From contig JALSOH010000004.1 in NCBI GenBank assembly GCA_026986575.1, positions 819,082 to 883,081 on the forward strand: DNA of 64,000 bases, read 5' to 3'. Origin of the DNA: Thermoproteota archaeon. GTDB taxonomy: Archaea > Korarchaeota > Korarchaeia > Korarchaeales > Korarchaeaceae. The notes below the pieces were generated by a model. The model ran no database searches. It was given only the letters and a program-made list of their open reading frames with translations, and was not told where the DNA came from. The position numbers and the translations under genes were made by a program. Below are positions 9,939-20,069 of the stretch, piece after piece; position 1 is the stretch's first letter; every line of letters starts with the position of its first letter.

Positions 9939-11714
9939 CTAACCTGATTCACGCAGTGTCTCCCTAGCGAGCCTCACTAGATTGACCATGACCAATAAGA
10001 GACCCCCGTCATCTCCCAAGGCGACGGCTGCCCACAAGGGGATATACCCAATCACTCCAAGCAGGGCTGCTACAGCCTTGAAGGTACCCACAAAGGCCAT
10101 ATTCGACCAGAAGGTGGATACCACGGACCTGGAAGCCCTGAACAGCCATGGCAGTGACGAGATGCCTGACACAAGGGCCACATCGCCTGCCTCGATTGAG
10201 GCCTCCAAACTACCAACGGCCACACCTAAATCGGCCGCAGCGAGGGCCGGGGCATCATTTATCCCGTCACCGACCATCGCGACATATCCGAACTCCTTCA
10301 GCCTCTTGACTATCTCAACCTTCCCTTCTGGGGAGAGGTCCGCGTAGAGCTCGTGGATCCCCAAGCCCACGGCTACCGGTCTGGCGTTCTCCTCCCTGTC
10401 ACCGGTGAGCATGGCAACGCGGAGACCCATCTCCTTCAGTCGCCCGATCACCTCCTTAGCTAAGGGATTCACCTCGTCCCCAAGCGACACGTACCCGTGT
10501 CTCCCTCCAACCGAGGCATGAACAACGACACCCCCGCTCGTAACCTCCTCAACCCCTACGAAGGACGCCTTTCCCGCGACCACCTCCGCCCCGTCTACTA
10601 ACCCCCTTATCCCCTCACCCGGTACCTCTTCTACTTCCTCGGGTATCGAGAGCTTCAGACCCCTCCTCTTGGCTTCCTCCACAAGAGCTCTGGCCACGGG
10701 ATGCTGCGAAGCCAGCTCTAGAGAAGCTAACAGCCTGAAGTCCTCTACATCCATGTGTAGCTCCCTCACCACCAGTCTCCCCAATGTGAGGGTACCGGTC
10801 TTGTCGATGGCTACGGCCCTTACCTTGGCAGCCATCTCTACAGGGGCGGATCCCTTGAACAGCACTCCTCTCCTCGCAGCCACAGCCAACGATGTGAGGG
10901 TCGTGGCCGGAGCGGCAACAAGGAAGGCACTCGGACAGGCGACGGCCACCAGAACTATGGATGCTCTCACTCCTAGGAGGGCCCATGCCAGCGCGGAGAG
11001 GGCGAGCATCGACGGGAGGTAGTACTTGCTGAACCTCTGGACCAGCCTCTCTCCGGAGGACTTCCTTCCCTTGAACTCCTCCACCATGGCGAGTATGCGC
11101 GAGATGAATGCCTCCTTCCCAACCCTCAGGGCTCTTATGACTAGGCTTCCCTCGACTAGGAGGGAGCCGGAGTGGACGTAGCTGCCCATCTCCACCCTCA
11201 CAGGGAGAGGTTCGCCGGTCACCACCGACTGATCCAAGTGCCCCTTACCTCTGACCACCAGCCCGTCCACGGGGACCCTCTCGCCCCTAGCCACCACCAC
11301 TAGGTCCCCCTTCCTTATGGAATCGAATCCCACCTCCAAGAGGGAGCCGTCCCTCTCCACTTTGGCCTTCCTCGGGAGGTACTCCATCAACTCCTTCAAC
11401 CCAGACTCAGCCCTCTCCATGGCCACATGCTCCAGTATCTCGGCCAGTCCGAACATTCCGAGGAGGAGGGTACCCTCAAGGTGGAGGTCTAGCCAGTAGG
11501 TTAGGCCACCAACCCCGACCATCAGCAGGTTAATCACATGCTCTAGCTCCGCCTTCCTCTCGTGGAGCACCTCCCAAGCCGTGTAGGAGGAGATCATGAC
11601 TATCAGTAAGAGGAGTAGAAGCGAATCCAAGCCCTCTATACCGGTTACGTGCAAGATCACTGATATCAGCGATGCGATCAGCACTGAAGCCCAGAAGAGA
11701 TCCTCCAGCTCCAA
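9939..11714 (-). CDS. Heavy-metal translocating P1B-type ATPase
   Basis: TGEP, ACPSA, DKTGT, HP, TGD, GDGINDAPAL. Confidence 0.95.
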   Translation of the reverse strand: MELEDLFWASVLIASLISVILHVTGIEGLDSLLLLLLIVMISSYTAWEVLHERKAELEHVINLLMVGVGGLTYWLDLHLEGTLLLGMFGLAEILEHVAMERAESGLKELMEYLPRKAKVERDGSLLEVGFDSIRKGDLVVVARGERVPVDGLVVRGKGHLDQSVVTGEPLPVRVEMGSYVHSGSLLVEGSLVIRALRVGKEAFISRILAMVEEFKGRKSSGERLVQRFSKYYLPSMLALSALAWALLGVRASIVLVAVACPSAFLVAAPATTLTSLAVAARRGVLFKGSAPVEMAAKVRAVAIDKTGTLTLGRLVVRELHMDVEDFRLLASLELASQHPVARALVEEAKRRGLKLSIPEEVEEVPGEGIRGLVDGAEVVAGKASFVGVEEVTSGGVVVHASVGGRHGYVSLGDEVNPLAKEVIGRLKEMGLRVAMLTGDREENARPVAVGLGIHELYADLSPEGKVEIVKRLKEFGYVAMVGDGINDAPALAAADLGVAVGSLEASIEAGDVALVSGISSLPWLFRASRSVVSTFWSNMAFVGTFKAVAALLGVIGYIPLWAAVALGDDGGLLLVMVNLVRLARETLRESG

Positions 11715-11767
11715 GTTTCTCCCCTTGAGCTAGAGGGTCCCTTAAATAATATGCTCCCCCCACCTCA

Positions 11768-12265
11768 ATGATGGAGATGGATTGGAAGGACCTCCTGATA
11801 GATCTGTACATGAGGAGAGCGGAAAAGAACGTCTTAGAGGTAGGTACAGGTTTCGGAGCTAACTTATCTCTCCTCTTGGAGGTCTTCCCAGATTCTACGA
11901 TAGTGACAGTTGATCCCGAACTCTCCGCATCGAACAGGGTTCCTCAGGGGGTTCACTTCGTCCAATCAAGCGCCGAAAGCCTACCCTTCCGGGACGAATC
12001 CTTCGATCTGCTCTCGACCGTTGCCACGATTCACCACCTCACCGACGTTCAGGCAGCGCTTGGCGAGTTCAGGAGGGTACTCAGATGCACCGGCAGGCTG
12101 GTCATAATGGACTGGACCCCCGACTCTAGGTACAATCCACATGGGAGGGAGAGGGTGGCGAGGAGCATGGAAGAGGTAATGTCCTCCGTGGACCACTATG
12201 TACAGGTCATCCACATGGAGGAGGAAGAGGATTACTACGTGATATGCGGGGCCAAGCTCTGCTGA
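11768..12265 (+). CDS. Class I SAM-dependent methyltransferase
   Basis: VLEVGTGFG, AESLPFRDESFD, IHH, RVLR. Confidence 0.88.
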   Translation: MMEMDWKDLLIDLYMRRAEKNVLEVGTGFGANLSLLLEVFPDSTIVTVDPELSASNRVPQGVHFVQSSAESLPFRDESFDLLSTVATIHHLTDVQAALGEFRRVLRCTGRLVIMDWTPDSRYNPHGRERVARSMEEVMSSVDHYVQVIHMEEEEDYYVICGAKLC

Positions 12266-12284
12266 GCTGGCGATAAACCTAAAT

Positions 12285-12304
12285 ATGATAATATTAATTA
12301 TCAT
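12285..12304. promoter_or_regulatory. AT-rich palindrome upstream of the ATPase gene, candidate operator
   Basis: ATGATAAT-N4-ATTATCAT, with a further ATTATCAT overlapping the start codon. Confidence 0.45.
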
Positions 12305-12317
12305 AATGAGAATTATC

Positions 12318-13646
12318 ATGTTTGTGGACAGGAAGGAGGAGCTGGAAGCCCTGAAAGAGAGGCTGGAATCTGACTCGTTCGAGTTCATAGTGGTGATGGG
12401 GAGGAGGAGAATAGGGAAGACCCGTCTCATCTTGGAAGCTGTCAAGGGAAAGGATTACATCTATTATCTGGCGGTTGAGGGAGGTAACTTAAGGTACTTC
12501 AAGCTGACGGCATCCCGCCTCGTTCCTCAGGCTAGGTACGCGATGGAGGATTGGGAATCTATATTCACTTTCCTGAAGGACAGGATAGTGGTTATAGACG
12601 AATTCCCTAACATGGTGAAGGAAGATCCTAGTGTCGTCTCGGTCTTCCAGAGGATAGTTGACTTACACCTGCGCGGTACTAGGACGAAGCTGATTCTGTG
12701 CGGTTCCTCAGTCTCCATGATGAAGGATAAGGTCCTCTCCTACAAGAGCCCATTGTACGGCAGGAGGACCTCCACCCTCAGGCTGGGTCCCCTGAGGTTC
12801 CCCGACCTCAAGGGATTCTTCCCCTCCTCAAGTTGGGAGGAGCTTGTAGAGATCTACGGCTTTGCTGACGGGGTCCCCTACTACCTGAGCAAGGTCAGGA
12901 CACCCTTCTGGTCTTGGTTGGAGAGCGAGCTAAAGTCACCAGACACGTTCCTCAAGGAGGAGGTGGACTTCCTGCTTAAATACGAGTTCACCGAGCTATC
13001 CACCTACAGGAAGATACTGGAGGCCATAGCCCACGGGAAGAACACTCCCAAGGAGATAAGGGACTATACAGGGTTGAGTCACTCGGACCTAACTCCCTAC
13101 CTGAGAAACCTGATGGATGTGGAGCTCGTGGTCAGGGAGGTCCCGGTCACCGACAGGTGGAACTCCAAGAGGGGACGCTACTACTTAGCGGACAACTTCC
13201 TCACCTTCTGGTTCAGGTTCGTGGCGCCAAACCTCTCCCTCATAGAGGAGGGACTTCTAGACGTGGAAACTGTGAGAGCGAGTTACCCGCAGTATTTAGG
13301 AATTATCTTCGAGAAGGTGGCGAGGGAGGTCGTGATAAGCCTCATCAGAAGTGGGAGACTCGGCATGAGGGTTACAAGGCTCGGCAGGTGGTGGGGGAGA
13401 GGTGAGGAGATAGATCTGGTGTTGGTAGACGATGAGAAGAGAAAGGCGCTACTCATGGAGGCCAAGTGGTCTGATTTAAGCGCTAAGGATGTGAGAAGGG
13501 TTGTCAGGGAGCTGATGCGCAAGGGACAGCTCCTATTAGAGGGATACGATAAGGAATACCTGATTGTAGCTAGGAGGGCCGAGGAAGTTGAGGGGGTAAG
13601 GGTACTGGACCTCAGATCGTTCGGTGAGGTCTTCGGAGGAGCTTGA
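12318..13646 (+). CDS. Archaeal ATPase (ATPase_2 + wHTH + DUF234)
   Basis: FVDRKEEL, GRRRIGKT, VIDEF, CGSS, SPLYGR, DNFLTFWFRF, RWW..EEID..EAKW. Confidence 0.92.
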   Translation: MFVDRKEELEALKERLESDSFEFIVVMGRRRIGKTRLILEAVKGKDYIYYLAVEGGNLRYFKLTASRLVPQARYAMEDWESIFTFLKDRIVVIDEFPNMVKEDPSVVSVFQRIVDLHLRGTRTKLILCGSSVSMMKDKVLSYKSPLYGRRTSTLRLGPLRFPDLKGFFPSSSWEELVEIYGFADGVPYYLSKVRTPFWSWLESELKSPDTFLKEEVDFLLKYEFTELSTYRKILEAIAHGKNTPKEIRDYTGLSHSDLTPYLRNLMDVELVVREVPVTDRWNSKRGRYYLADNFLTFWFRFVAPNLSLIEEGLLDVETVRASYPQYLGIIFEKVAREVVISLIRSGRLGMRVTRLGRWWGRGEEIDLVLVDDEKRKALLMEAKWSDLSAKDVRRVVRELMRKGQLLLEGYDKEYLIVARRAEEVEGVRVLDLRSFGEVFGGA

Positions 13647-13666
13647 TTAATTCCCCCGTGGGATTG

Positions 13667-15106
13667 CTATTCCAATCCTAGATGATGGAGCATGTGATGG
13701 TAGTGATCTACGGGCATGAGGTGCCAGAAGGCCCTCTCCACCACCTCTGACAGGGCCGGATGGATGTGCATCCCCGTGGATATGGCCATGTATGTGGGGT
13801 CCCTCGAGTACATTAGGGTCACGATCTCCTGTATCAGGATCGAGGCGTGGGGCCCTATTATGTGAGCGCCAACTATGACGCCGCTCTCCGCATCGACTAT
13901 CACCTTAACGAAGTAGTCTCTGACGCCCATTGCCTCTCCTTTGGCCGTGTCCTCGTATCTGTGGAACCCTATGAGCACTCTGTCCTTCCCTAGCTTCTCT
14001 ACGGCTTCAGCCTCTCTCATCCCCACGGAGGCCACCTCCGGGTAGGTGAAGACAGCATGAGGAACTGCGTGGTAGCTCATCTTGACCTTGTGACCCATTA
14101 TGTTGTAGAAGATGACCTTGGACTCGTAGTTGGCCACATGCTTAAACAGGTACTTGCCGTTCGCGTCACCGCATACCCATACTCCCGGCTGGGAGGCCTC
14201 CAGATACTCATTCACCTTTATCCAACCCTGCTCATCTGTCTCTATGCCAGCCCTCTCCGGATGGAGTATGTCCGTGTTGGGCGCCCTGCCGGCCGCCATC
14301 AAGATCTCGTCAGCGACGAAGGTGACCTCCTCATCCGTCTCCCTGTTTATTGCGATGAGCTCCTTCTTACCGTCGGGCGTCTTCTTGGCCTTAACGACCT
14401 CGTGATTCGTGTATATGTCAACGAACCTCCCCAGCTCCCTCTTGGCCAGCTTGGAGACCTCAGGTTCCTCTTGAGGTAGGAACTGGGGGTTTCTCCCTAT
14501 GATAGTTACCTTAGTGCCCATCGCTGAGAAGAAGTGGCCGAATTCAGCCGCTATATAGCCTCCCCCAATTATCGCAAGGGAGTCGGGCCTCTCAAAGAGG
14601 TGGAAGACCGTCTTGTTGGTGTGATAGCCTACCTCCTCCAGCCCCTCTATCGGGGGGATGTAGGGCTTAGATCCCGAACAGAGGAGGATTAGGTTCGACT
14701 TGATCAGCTTGTCCCCCACCTTAAGCGTGTAGGGGGCGACGAACTCCGCCACCTCCTGATAATAGTCTATGTTCGGATGCTGGCTCAATCCCCTCCTTAT
14801 CATCTCTATCTCCGGATCTATCAGGCTACGCATCCTCCTCATTACCCTCTCATAGTCTACCTTCCTTATCTCAACATCTATGCCGAAGCGACGGGCGTCC
14901 TCCACTATCCTGAGGACATCGGCGGAGTGTATGAGGATCTTGGAGGGTATACATCCCCTGGTGAGGCAGATGCCTCCAGGCTCGTCTTTGTCTATCACGG
15001 CCACCTTCATATCAGGATTGTGGTGGAGGAGGCCATCAACTATGTTCATCGCGGTTCCAGTACCTATGGCTATGGCGTCATACTCCACGGGCTCTGGCAT
15101 GCTCAT
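13667..15106 (-). CDS. Class I pyridine nucleotide-disulfide oxidoreductase (dihydrolipoamide dehydrogenase-like)
   Basis: GGICLTRGCIPSK, GGGYIAAE, GD, HPALSE; His-rich C-terminus. Confidence 0.93.
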   Translation of the reverse strand: MSMPEPVEYDAIAIGTGTAMNIVDGLLHHNPDMKVAVIDKDEPGGICLTRGCIPSKILIHSADVLRIVEDARRFGIDVEIRKVDYERVMRRMRSLIDPEIEMIRRGLSQHPNIDYYQEVAEFVAPYTLKVGDKLIKSNLILLCSGSKPYIPPIEGLEEVGYHTNKTVFHLFERPDSLAIIGGGYIAAEFGHFFSAMGTKVTIIGRNPQFLPQEEPEVSKLAKRELGRFVDIYTNHEVVKAKKTPDGKKELIAINRETDEEVTFVADEILMAAGRAPNTDILHPERAGIETDEQGWIKVNEYLEASQPGVWVCGDANGKYLFKHVANYESKVIFYNIMGHKVKMSYHAVPHAVFTYPEVASVGMREAEAVEKLGKDRVLIGFHRYEDTAKGEAMGVRDYFVKVIVDAESGVIVGAHIIGPHASILIQEIVTLMYSRDPTYMAISTGMHIHPALSEVVERAFWHLMPVDHYHHMLHHLGLE

Positions 15107-15414
15107 CCCGGCCTAGGAGAGGGTGTCTTTAAAGTACTTGACTCTTGCAGAGGCCCGCGCAAATGAACTGACGGAGGTAGGTCCCAGATCTGAAGTAGTT
15201 CCTCCGGAGAGAGAATCCAGAAGGGCTAAAACTGGCCCAACTTGAGCCTGCTAAGTAGTTTCCAGCTGGACAGACAAGGCACAGCACATTATAACTGCCC
15301 GAGCTCCCATGACTGTTGAGTACTTTGAGGCGTAATGGCTCTAAAACCTTCGGAACTTTTTTAGCTGTGTCATGTGTCCGATAACTCTTAAATATGATCC
15401 CGGCGATCCTTTAA

Positions 15415-15735
15415 ATGGTGAAGGGAAGGCTTCTTATCGAGAGAGAAAGTTTAGGACATAGGTTACCGCATGTTCGTACTAAATTTAGCTAATGAGCATG
15501 GCTTGACTGGTTTTCAAGCTCGTAATGTGGGAAAGAAGGCAGTAGAGGCTCTATACTAGGGGGGCGATGAAGCGGGAGATCTTTCGAGGACGGGATCAAT
15601 TGGTTAGTGCCTGAGGTGCTCGAGTGGATAGGATTCATTTCGAGGACTACGAAGGGCCGGTCAAGGACGTAGAGAGGTTCAGGGCCCTGAAGAGGGACGT
15701 GGCGCTGATAAAGGGGAGGTCGGGGGTAGAGTAGT
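15415..15735 (+). pseudogene. acyP: Acylphosphatase-like pseudogene (not in the ORF track)
   Basis: MVKGRLLI..KV*DIGYRMFVLNLANEHGLTGFQARNV matches the VQGVGFR..G..N signature, with a CAG>TAG stop and frameshifts. Confidence 0.65.
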
Positions 15736-15881
15736 GGTCTCTAATAACATTCCTAATTAACTCGTAAGCTAATAGCAAAAGCCCGGAATAACTCTTGGCT
15801 ACCTTCAGGCTTCTATCTTCCCAGCCGGTCATCGACAGCTCGCTTTAAAACCCCCGTCGATTGGGATCTCTCGGGATTTCT

Positions 15882-16796
15882 ATGAGGTATGAGCAGTTGG
15901 GGAGGACAGGTATAAAGGTCTCCAAAATAGGACTGGGGACATGGCAGTTCGGCGCCAGCTATTGGGGTTGGGGGAAGGAAATAGGTGAAGAGGAGGCCAT
16001 CTCCATAATAAGGAGGGCCTTGGAACTCGGAATCAACTTCATAGATACTGCGGAGATATACGGATGGGGGAGGTCCGAGAGGGTAATAGGGAAGGCGCTG
16101 AGCCGGTTGGACAGGGAGGAAGTGGTGATAGCCACCAAGGTCTTTCCCTACAGGGTCACCGTCTCAGGAGTACTGAAGGCGCTGAGAAACAGTCTGAGGA
16201 GGCTGAACACCAGTTACGTGGACTTATACCAGATCCACTGGCCCAGCCCCATATTCCCCCTGAAGGGGGCGATGAGGGCGCTGGAGAGGGAGCTGGAAGA
16301 GGGGAGGATAAGGGCCATAGGGGTGAGCAACTTCTCCTTAAAGCAGATGGAGGAGGCCAGGAGCTACCTCCAGAGGCACGACCTAGCCAGTGACCAGATC
16401 GAGTACAATCTCCTCAAGAGGGATCCAGAGAGAGATCTAATCCCTCATTGCCAGAGGGAAGGTATCACGATAATAGCGTATAGCCCTCTAGCACAGGGAC
16501 TGCTTACCGGGAAGTACGGGCCGGGGAGGATGCCTAAGGGACTGCAGAGGAGGCTGAACATATGGCACCTTTACGGGAGGATCGATTGGTCGGTGGTTGA
16601 GAGGCTGAAGGAACTAGCGGACAGGAAGGGAGGAGAACCGAGTCCTGCCCAGCTCGCTCTGGCGTGGGTGATAAGAGATGAGGGAGTGGACGCAATCCCC
16701 GGGGCTAAGAGCCTGGATCAACTCAGGAGCAATGCTAAAGCTGCGGAGATAGAACTTAGTGATGAAGACATCTCCTTCCTTGAAGTTCCCGAATGA
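15882..16796 (+). CDS. Aldo/keto reductase
   Basis: IGLGTWQFG, FIDTAEIYG, IATK, DLYQIHWP, GVSNF, AYSPLAQG. Confidence 0.95.
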   Translation: MRYEQLGRTGIKVSKIGLGTWQFGASYWGWGKEIGEEEAISIIRRALELGINFIDTAEIYGWGRSERVIGKALSRLDREEVVIATKVFPYRVTVSGVLKALRNSLRRLNTSYVDLYQIHWPSPIFPLKGAMRALERELEEGRIRAIGVSNFSLKQMEEARSYLQRHDLASDQIEYNLLKRDPERDLIPHCQREGITIIAYSPLAQGLLTGKYGPGRMPKGLQRRLNIWHLYGRIDWSVVERLKELADRKGGEPSPAQLALAWVIRDEGVDAIPGAKSLDQLRSNAKAAEIELSDEDISFLEVPE

Positions 16797-16972
16797 CCCT
16801 TCCGTGACGATCGATCCAAACGCAACTGCAATCTGACATCGATCTGTGGGTACGATGACTTGCATGAGAAGTTCCCGATGACTCGAGAGCCATCTTGTCC
16901 ATCAGCTCGTCTTCACCTTCATCGCGCCCACTCAGGAGGGGATCTTTATTACTCTCCCTCCCCGTAGGGCAT

Positions 16973-17647
16973 GTGGATAGATCCTACATATACTACCCGC
17001 TCGCCATGATGCTGATAATGCTCCTCTTCCTCTTCCTACTCCCCATAATGCTCCTGCTCTTCTTGGGCATGGTGGGGAGGGCCTTCACCAAGATAGGTTT
17101 GGCTCCTTGGCAGACATGGATTCTCCTTCTCTCCACTCTGGTAGGCAGTGCGGTGAACATCCCTGTGTGGGAGAAGAGGACTTACGAGGTCGTGGACGAA
17201 GTCGAAGTACTTTTCCTCAGGGTGAAACTCCCTCCAGTCAGGATAGAGAGGAGAATCGTGATAGCGGTTAACTTGGGAGGGGCGCTCATCCCCACTGCAT
17301 TCTCCCTCTTCCTCCTATCTAAGATTGGTCTCAGGCCGGGGATCATAGCCTCGCTGGCCATCGTGACTCTTGTTAGTTATGCCTTCAGCAGGCCAGTCAG
17401 AGGTGTGGGCATTGTGATGCCCTTTTACATGGCCCCGATAACAGCAGCTCTCTCCTCACTGATACTAGCTCCCCAATATACTGGGGTCAGCGCCTACGTG
17501 TCAGGGACTCTCGGAACCCTGATAGGGGCTGATCTGCTCAGACTTAGGGAAGTGGAGAAGATAGGCAGCGGCCTAGTGAGCATAGGTGGAGCAGGTGTGT
17601 TCGACGGCATATTCCTCTCTGGGGTGCTGGCTGTCCTCCTCAGTTGA
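16973..17647 (+). CDS. DUF1614 family membrane protein
   Basis: GSAVNIP, AVNLGGALIP, PVRGVGI, GTLIGAD, SIGGAGVFDGIFL. Confidence 0.85.
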   Translation: MDRSYIYYPLAMMLIMLLFLFLLPIMLLLFLGMVGRAFTKIGLAPWQTWILLLSTLVGSAVNIPVWEKRTYEVVDEVEVLFLRVKLPPVRIERRIVIAVNLGGALIPTAFSLFLLSKIGLRPGIIASLAIVTLVSYAFSRPVRGVGIVMPFYMAPITAALSSLILAPQYTGVSAYVSGTLGTLIGADLLRLREVEKIGSGLVSIGGAGVFDGIFLSGVLAVLLS

Positions 17648-17759
17648 CGACCTCGCATCATACGATGCGCTCCAAAAACGTTGTTCTGGGGGAGTGCAAA
17701 CGGTTAACGCTAAAGTGTTAAAAAGTAGAAAGTTGTGGGGGTTAATGCTCTTAGTCAGA

Positions 17760-18392
17760 TCATCCCCCTAAGCTGAGCTCTCCAGATCCCTTGGCTACAT
17801 TGTGCTTCTTCGTGAACATGTCCTCATCCGCCATGGCGAAGATGAACGCGATCTTGGTCCTTAGCTTCAGGTCCTTGTCGTACTTATCACCCGTTGATAA
17901 CTTTCTCTTGAACTCTATAGTGGTCACACCGCTCTTCTCCGATCCTCCATAAGATAGGATGTCGTTCCTGCCTCCCAGCTTCTCATCCGGTGGATGGGGT
18001 CCTGTTTCTCCTGTGGAATAGGCATCAATGACCGTAGCCTTGCCGTCCTTCACCCATCCTATCACCATGTCCGCGTCTTTCATCCTCTTCGTTGGCTCAA
18101 ATCCTATCGCAACCCATCCCTTGGTCTTTCCTACCAAGGCCATGTAGAGGTACTCTCCGTCAGTTTTCCAGTAGACCTTGAATCTTCCCTCCGCCAGTTC
18201 CAGTTCTTGATCATACTCTCCCTTTGACACAACCCCATCGGGCTTCCACACCACTTCCTCCTTGATAGCTGTCTGTTTGGAAGTCACAGGCACAATAGGA
18301 GTTTTCTGGGCTGACTTCAACGTCATATAGAGCAGGACCGCGATGAGGATTACAAGAACGGCGATCACTCCTAGCAGAACTGACTTGTTCAT
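17760..18392 (-). CDS. Membrane-anchored DOMON domain protein
   Basis: N-terminal TM; GWVAIGF..MKDADMVIG..DAYS..TTIEFKRKL.TGD..KH. Confidence 0.88.
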   Translation of the reverse strand: MNKSVLLGVIAVLVILIAVLLYMTLKSAQKTPIVPVTSKQTAIKEEVVWKPDGVVSKGEYDQELELAEGRFKVYWKTDGEYLYMALVGKTKGWVAIGFEPTKRMKDADMVIGWVKDGKATVIDAYSTGETGPHPPDEKLGGRNDILSYGGSEKSGVTTIEFKRKLSTGDKYDKDLKLRTKIAFIFAMADEDMFTKKHNVAKGSGELSLGG

Positions 18393-18428
18393 ATGGAGCT
18401 TGGAGTCTCAGAGTGATAAATGTGAGAC

Positions 18429-18470
18429 CAAATTTACCCCCTAATCATGCACAAATTTATCATGAATTAG
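18429..18470. promoter_or_regulatory. Candidate operator between the divergent DOMON and ArsR-like genes
   Basis: CAAATTTA at 18429 and 18452; imperfect palindrome CTAATCATG..CATGAATTAG. Confidence 0.4.
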
Positions 18471-18588
18471 TAAAAAATTCCGAGAGATGTCAATAGTACC
18501 AATCTAAATTAACGTTTTTATGAGTGACGTTTGGGATACCGTATGTCAAGGGATTTAAGGTTCACAGCACCACCTCCTGAGGTAGTAA

Positions 18589-18870
18589 ATGGAGACCTTG
18601 AGGCTCAGGAAGATACTCGTATGGTTGTTGAACGGTTCGAGAGGAGGGCCCACAAGGCTGAAAATATTGAAAGCTCTCAAAGAAAGACCCATGAACCCGA
18701 ATCAACTCGCAAAAGCACTCGACCTGAACTACAAGACTGTGATACACCACTTAACGGTACTGGAAAGGCATGGTCTGATCGTGAGACTGGGGAGCGGCTA
18801 CGGCGTTCCCTACTTTCTCTCCGACGTATTGGAGAGGAACTGGGAGATTGTACAATCCCTCACTGGGTGA
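18589..18870 (+). CDS. ArsR-like winged helix regulator
   Basis: GSRGGPTRLKIL..PMNPNQLA..YKTVIHHL.VL. Confidence 0.88.
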   Translation: METLRLRKILVWLLNGSRGGPTRLKILKALKERPMNPNQLAKALDLNYKTVIHHLTVLERHGLIVRLGSGYGVPYFLSDVLERNWEIVQSLTG

Positions 18871-18874
18871 TTCA

Positions 18875-19156
18875 ATGATCGGCATTTACTGGATCTTCAA
18901 CTTGGTTCTTGTCTTCGTGGAGGCAGTCTTCTTGACACTCACCCTCAGAAACTACTCCCTCCTCCGGAATACTACCGTGGGCAAGCTTCTAGTGGCAGTA
19001 TCAGCTATATTCCTAGTCCAATCGATATCGATGTTCGTGTCCTTCCTCATATGGGCGGAAATGGGATACACAGTCAATGTGGCGGGACCGCTCCTAATGA
19101 TCTCGGGATTGGGCGCGTTGGGATCGGCCATTCTTTACCGAATCTCCAGCATGTAA
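18875..19156 (+). CDS. Small 3-TM membrane protein
   Basis: Three hydrophobic stretches, 4 nt after the regulator stop. Confidence 0.7.
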   Translation: MIGIYWIFNLVLVFVEAVFLTLTLRNYSLLRNTTVGKLLVAVSAIFLVQSISMFVSFLIWAEMGYTVNVAGPLLMISGLGALGSAILYRISSM

Positions 19157-19479
19157 GTAGAATACTTCTACTCCAAACCAGTTTCGGATCTATACGCCTG
19201 TCCTTTTCCTATTTACTCCGAGACAGGAATGCTCAGCGTATTGATACCCTCCCTGATAACCTATGGCTTTTTCCCACGTTACTAACTAGGGATTCAAATA
19301 GTTCCCCAGACTCGGACTTGTTTACGATTGCCGCTTCCGTTTACCTTAACGACTTATCCTGTTCTCACAATCACTCCCCACGCGGAGGAGGTTGATAATA
19401 TGGCTAATAGGTACTCCCCGCCTCAGGTGAATTATGCTCACTGAAACCTTAAAGATCTTATCAATTAACCGTCAACTCG

Positions 19480-19983
19480 GTGATCACAGTGGAGAAGGTG
19501 AAGAAGAGACTCTTCATTTGGCTGTTCGTAATATTAGCCTCATTGGTACTGGGATACGCACTGGACTCCATATATGGTCTGATTTTACCCCCGTGGGCGA
19601 GGGTCCTCGGGCTACTAGGTATGATGGTGGCGGCGCTGATCTTGAGGACCTCGGGCAGGATGCTCAGGAAGTTTGGAAAGCCGGAGGAGTGGGGATGGAC
19701 CACGAAGCTCGTTACACACGGCATATACTCCTGCGTCAGGCACCCTCATCATTTCGGCATCGGACTCTTCGTGACCTCCTTGGGCCTAATCCTCAGCGGC
19801 CTGTTCACATTCCTCTTGCTCACTTTCACCATCTGGGTGAGCGTGATCCTCTTTCTGATAAGGGTGGAGGAGCCAGAGGCCATGGAGAAGTTCGGGGAGG
19901 AGTACGAGGATTACAGGAGAAGAGTACCCATGATCCTGCCTAATCCCCTATGCCTGCTGAGAGAGATCTTAAAGCCAATATGA
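19480..19983 (+). CDS. Isoprenylcysteine carboxyl/phospholipid methyltransferase family membrane protein
   Basis: LVTHGIYSCVRHP, EE..FGEEYEDY...VP. Confidence 0.88.
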   Translation: MITVEKVKKRLFIWLFVILASLVLGYALDSIYGLILPPWARVLGLLGMMVAALILRTSGRMLRKFGKPEEWGWTTKLVTHGIYSCVRHPHHFGIGLFVTSLGLILSGLFTFLLLTFTIWVSVILFLIRVEEPEAMEKFGEEYEDYRRRVPMILPNPLCLLREILKPI

Positions 19984-20069
19984 TCGCACCTCCTCGCCTC
20001 ACGGTTTTCGGGGCGGCCGCTGATTCGGGATCTTAATAAGCCACTCCTGATCACAATTTCTGAGGAGCC

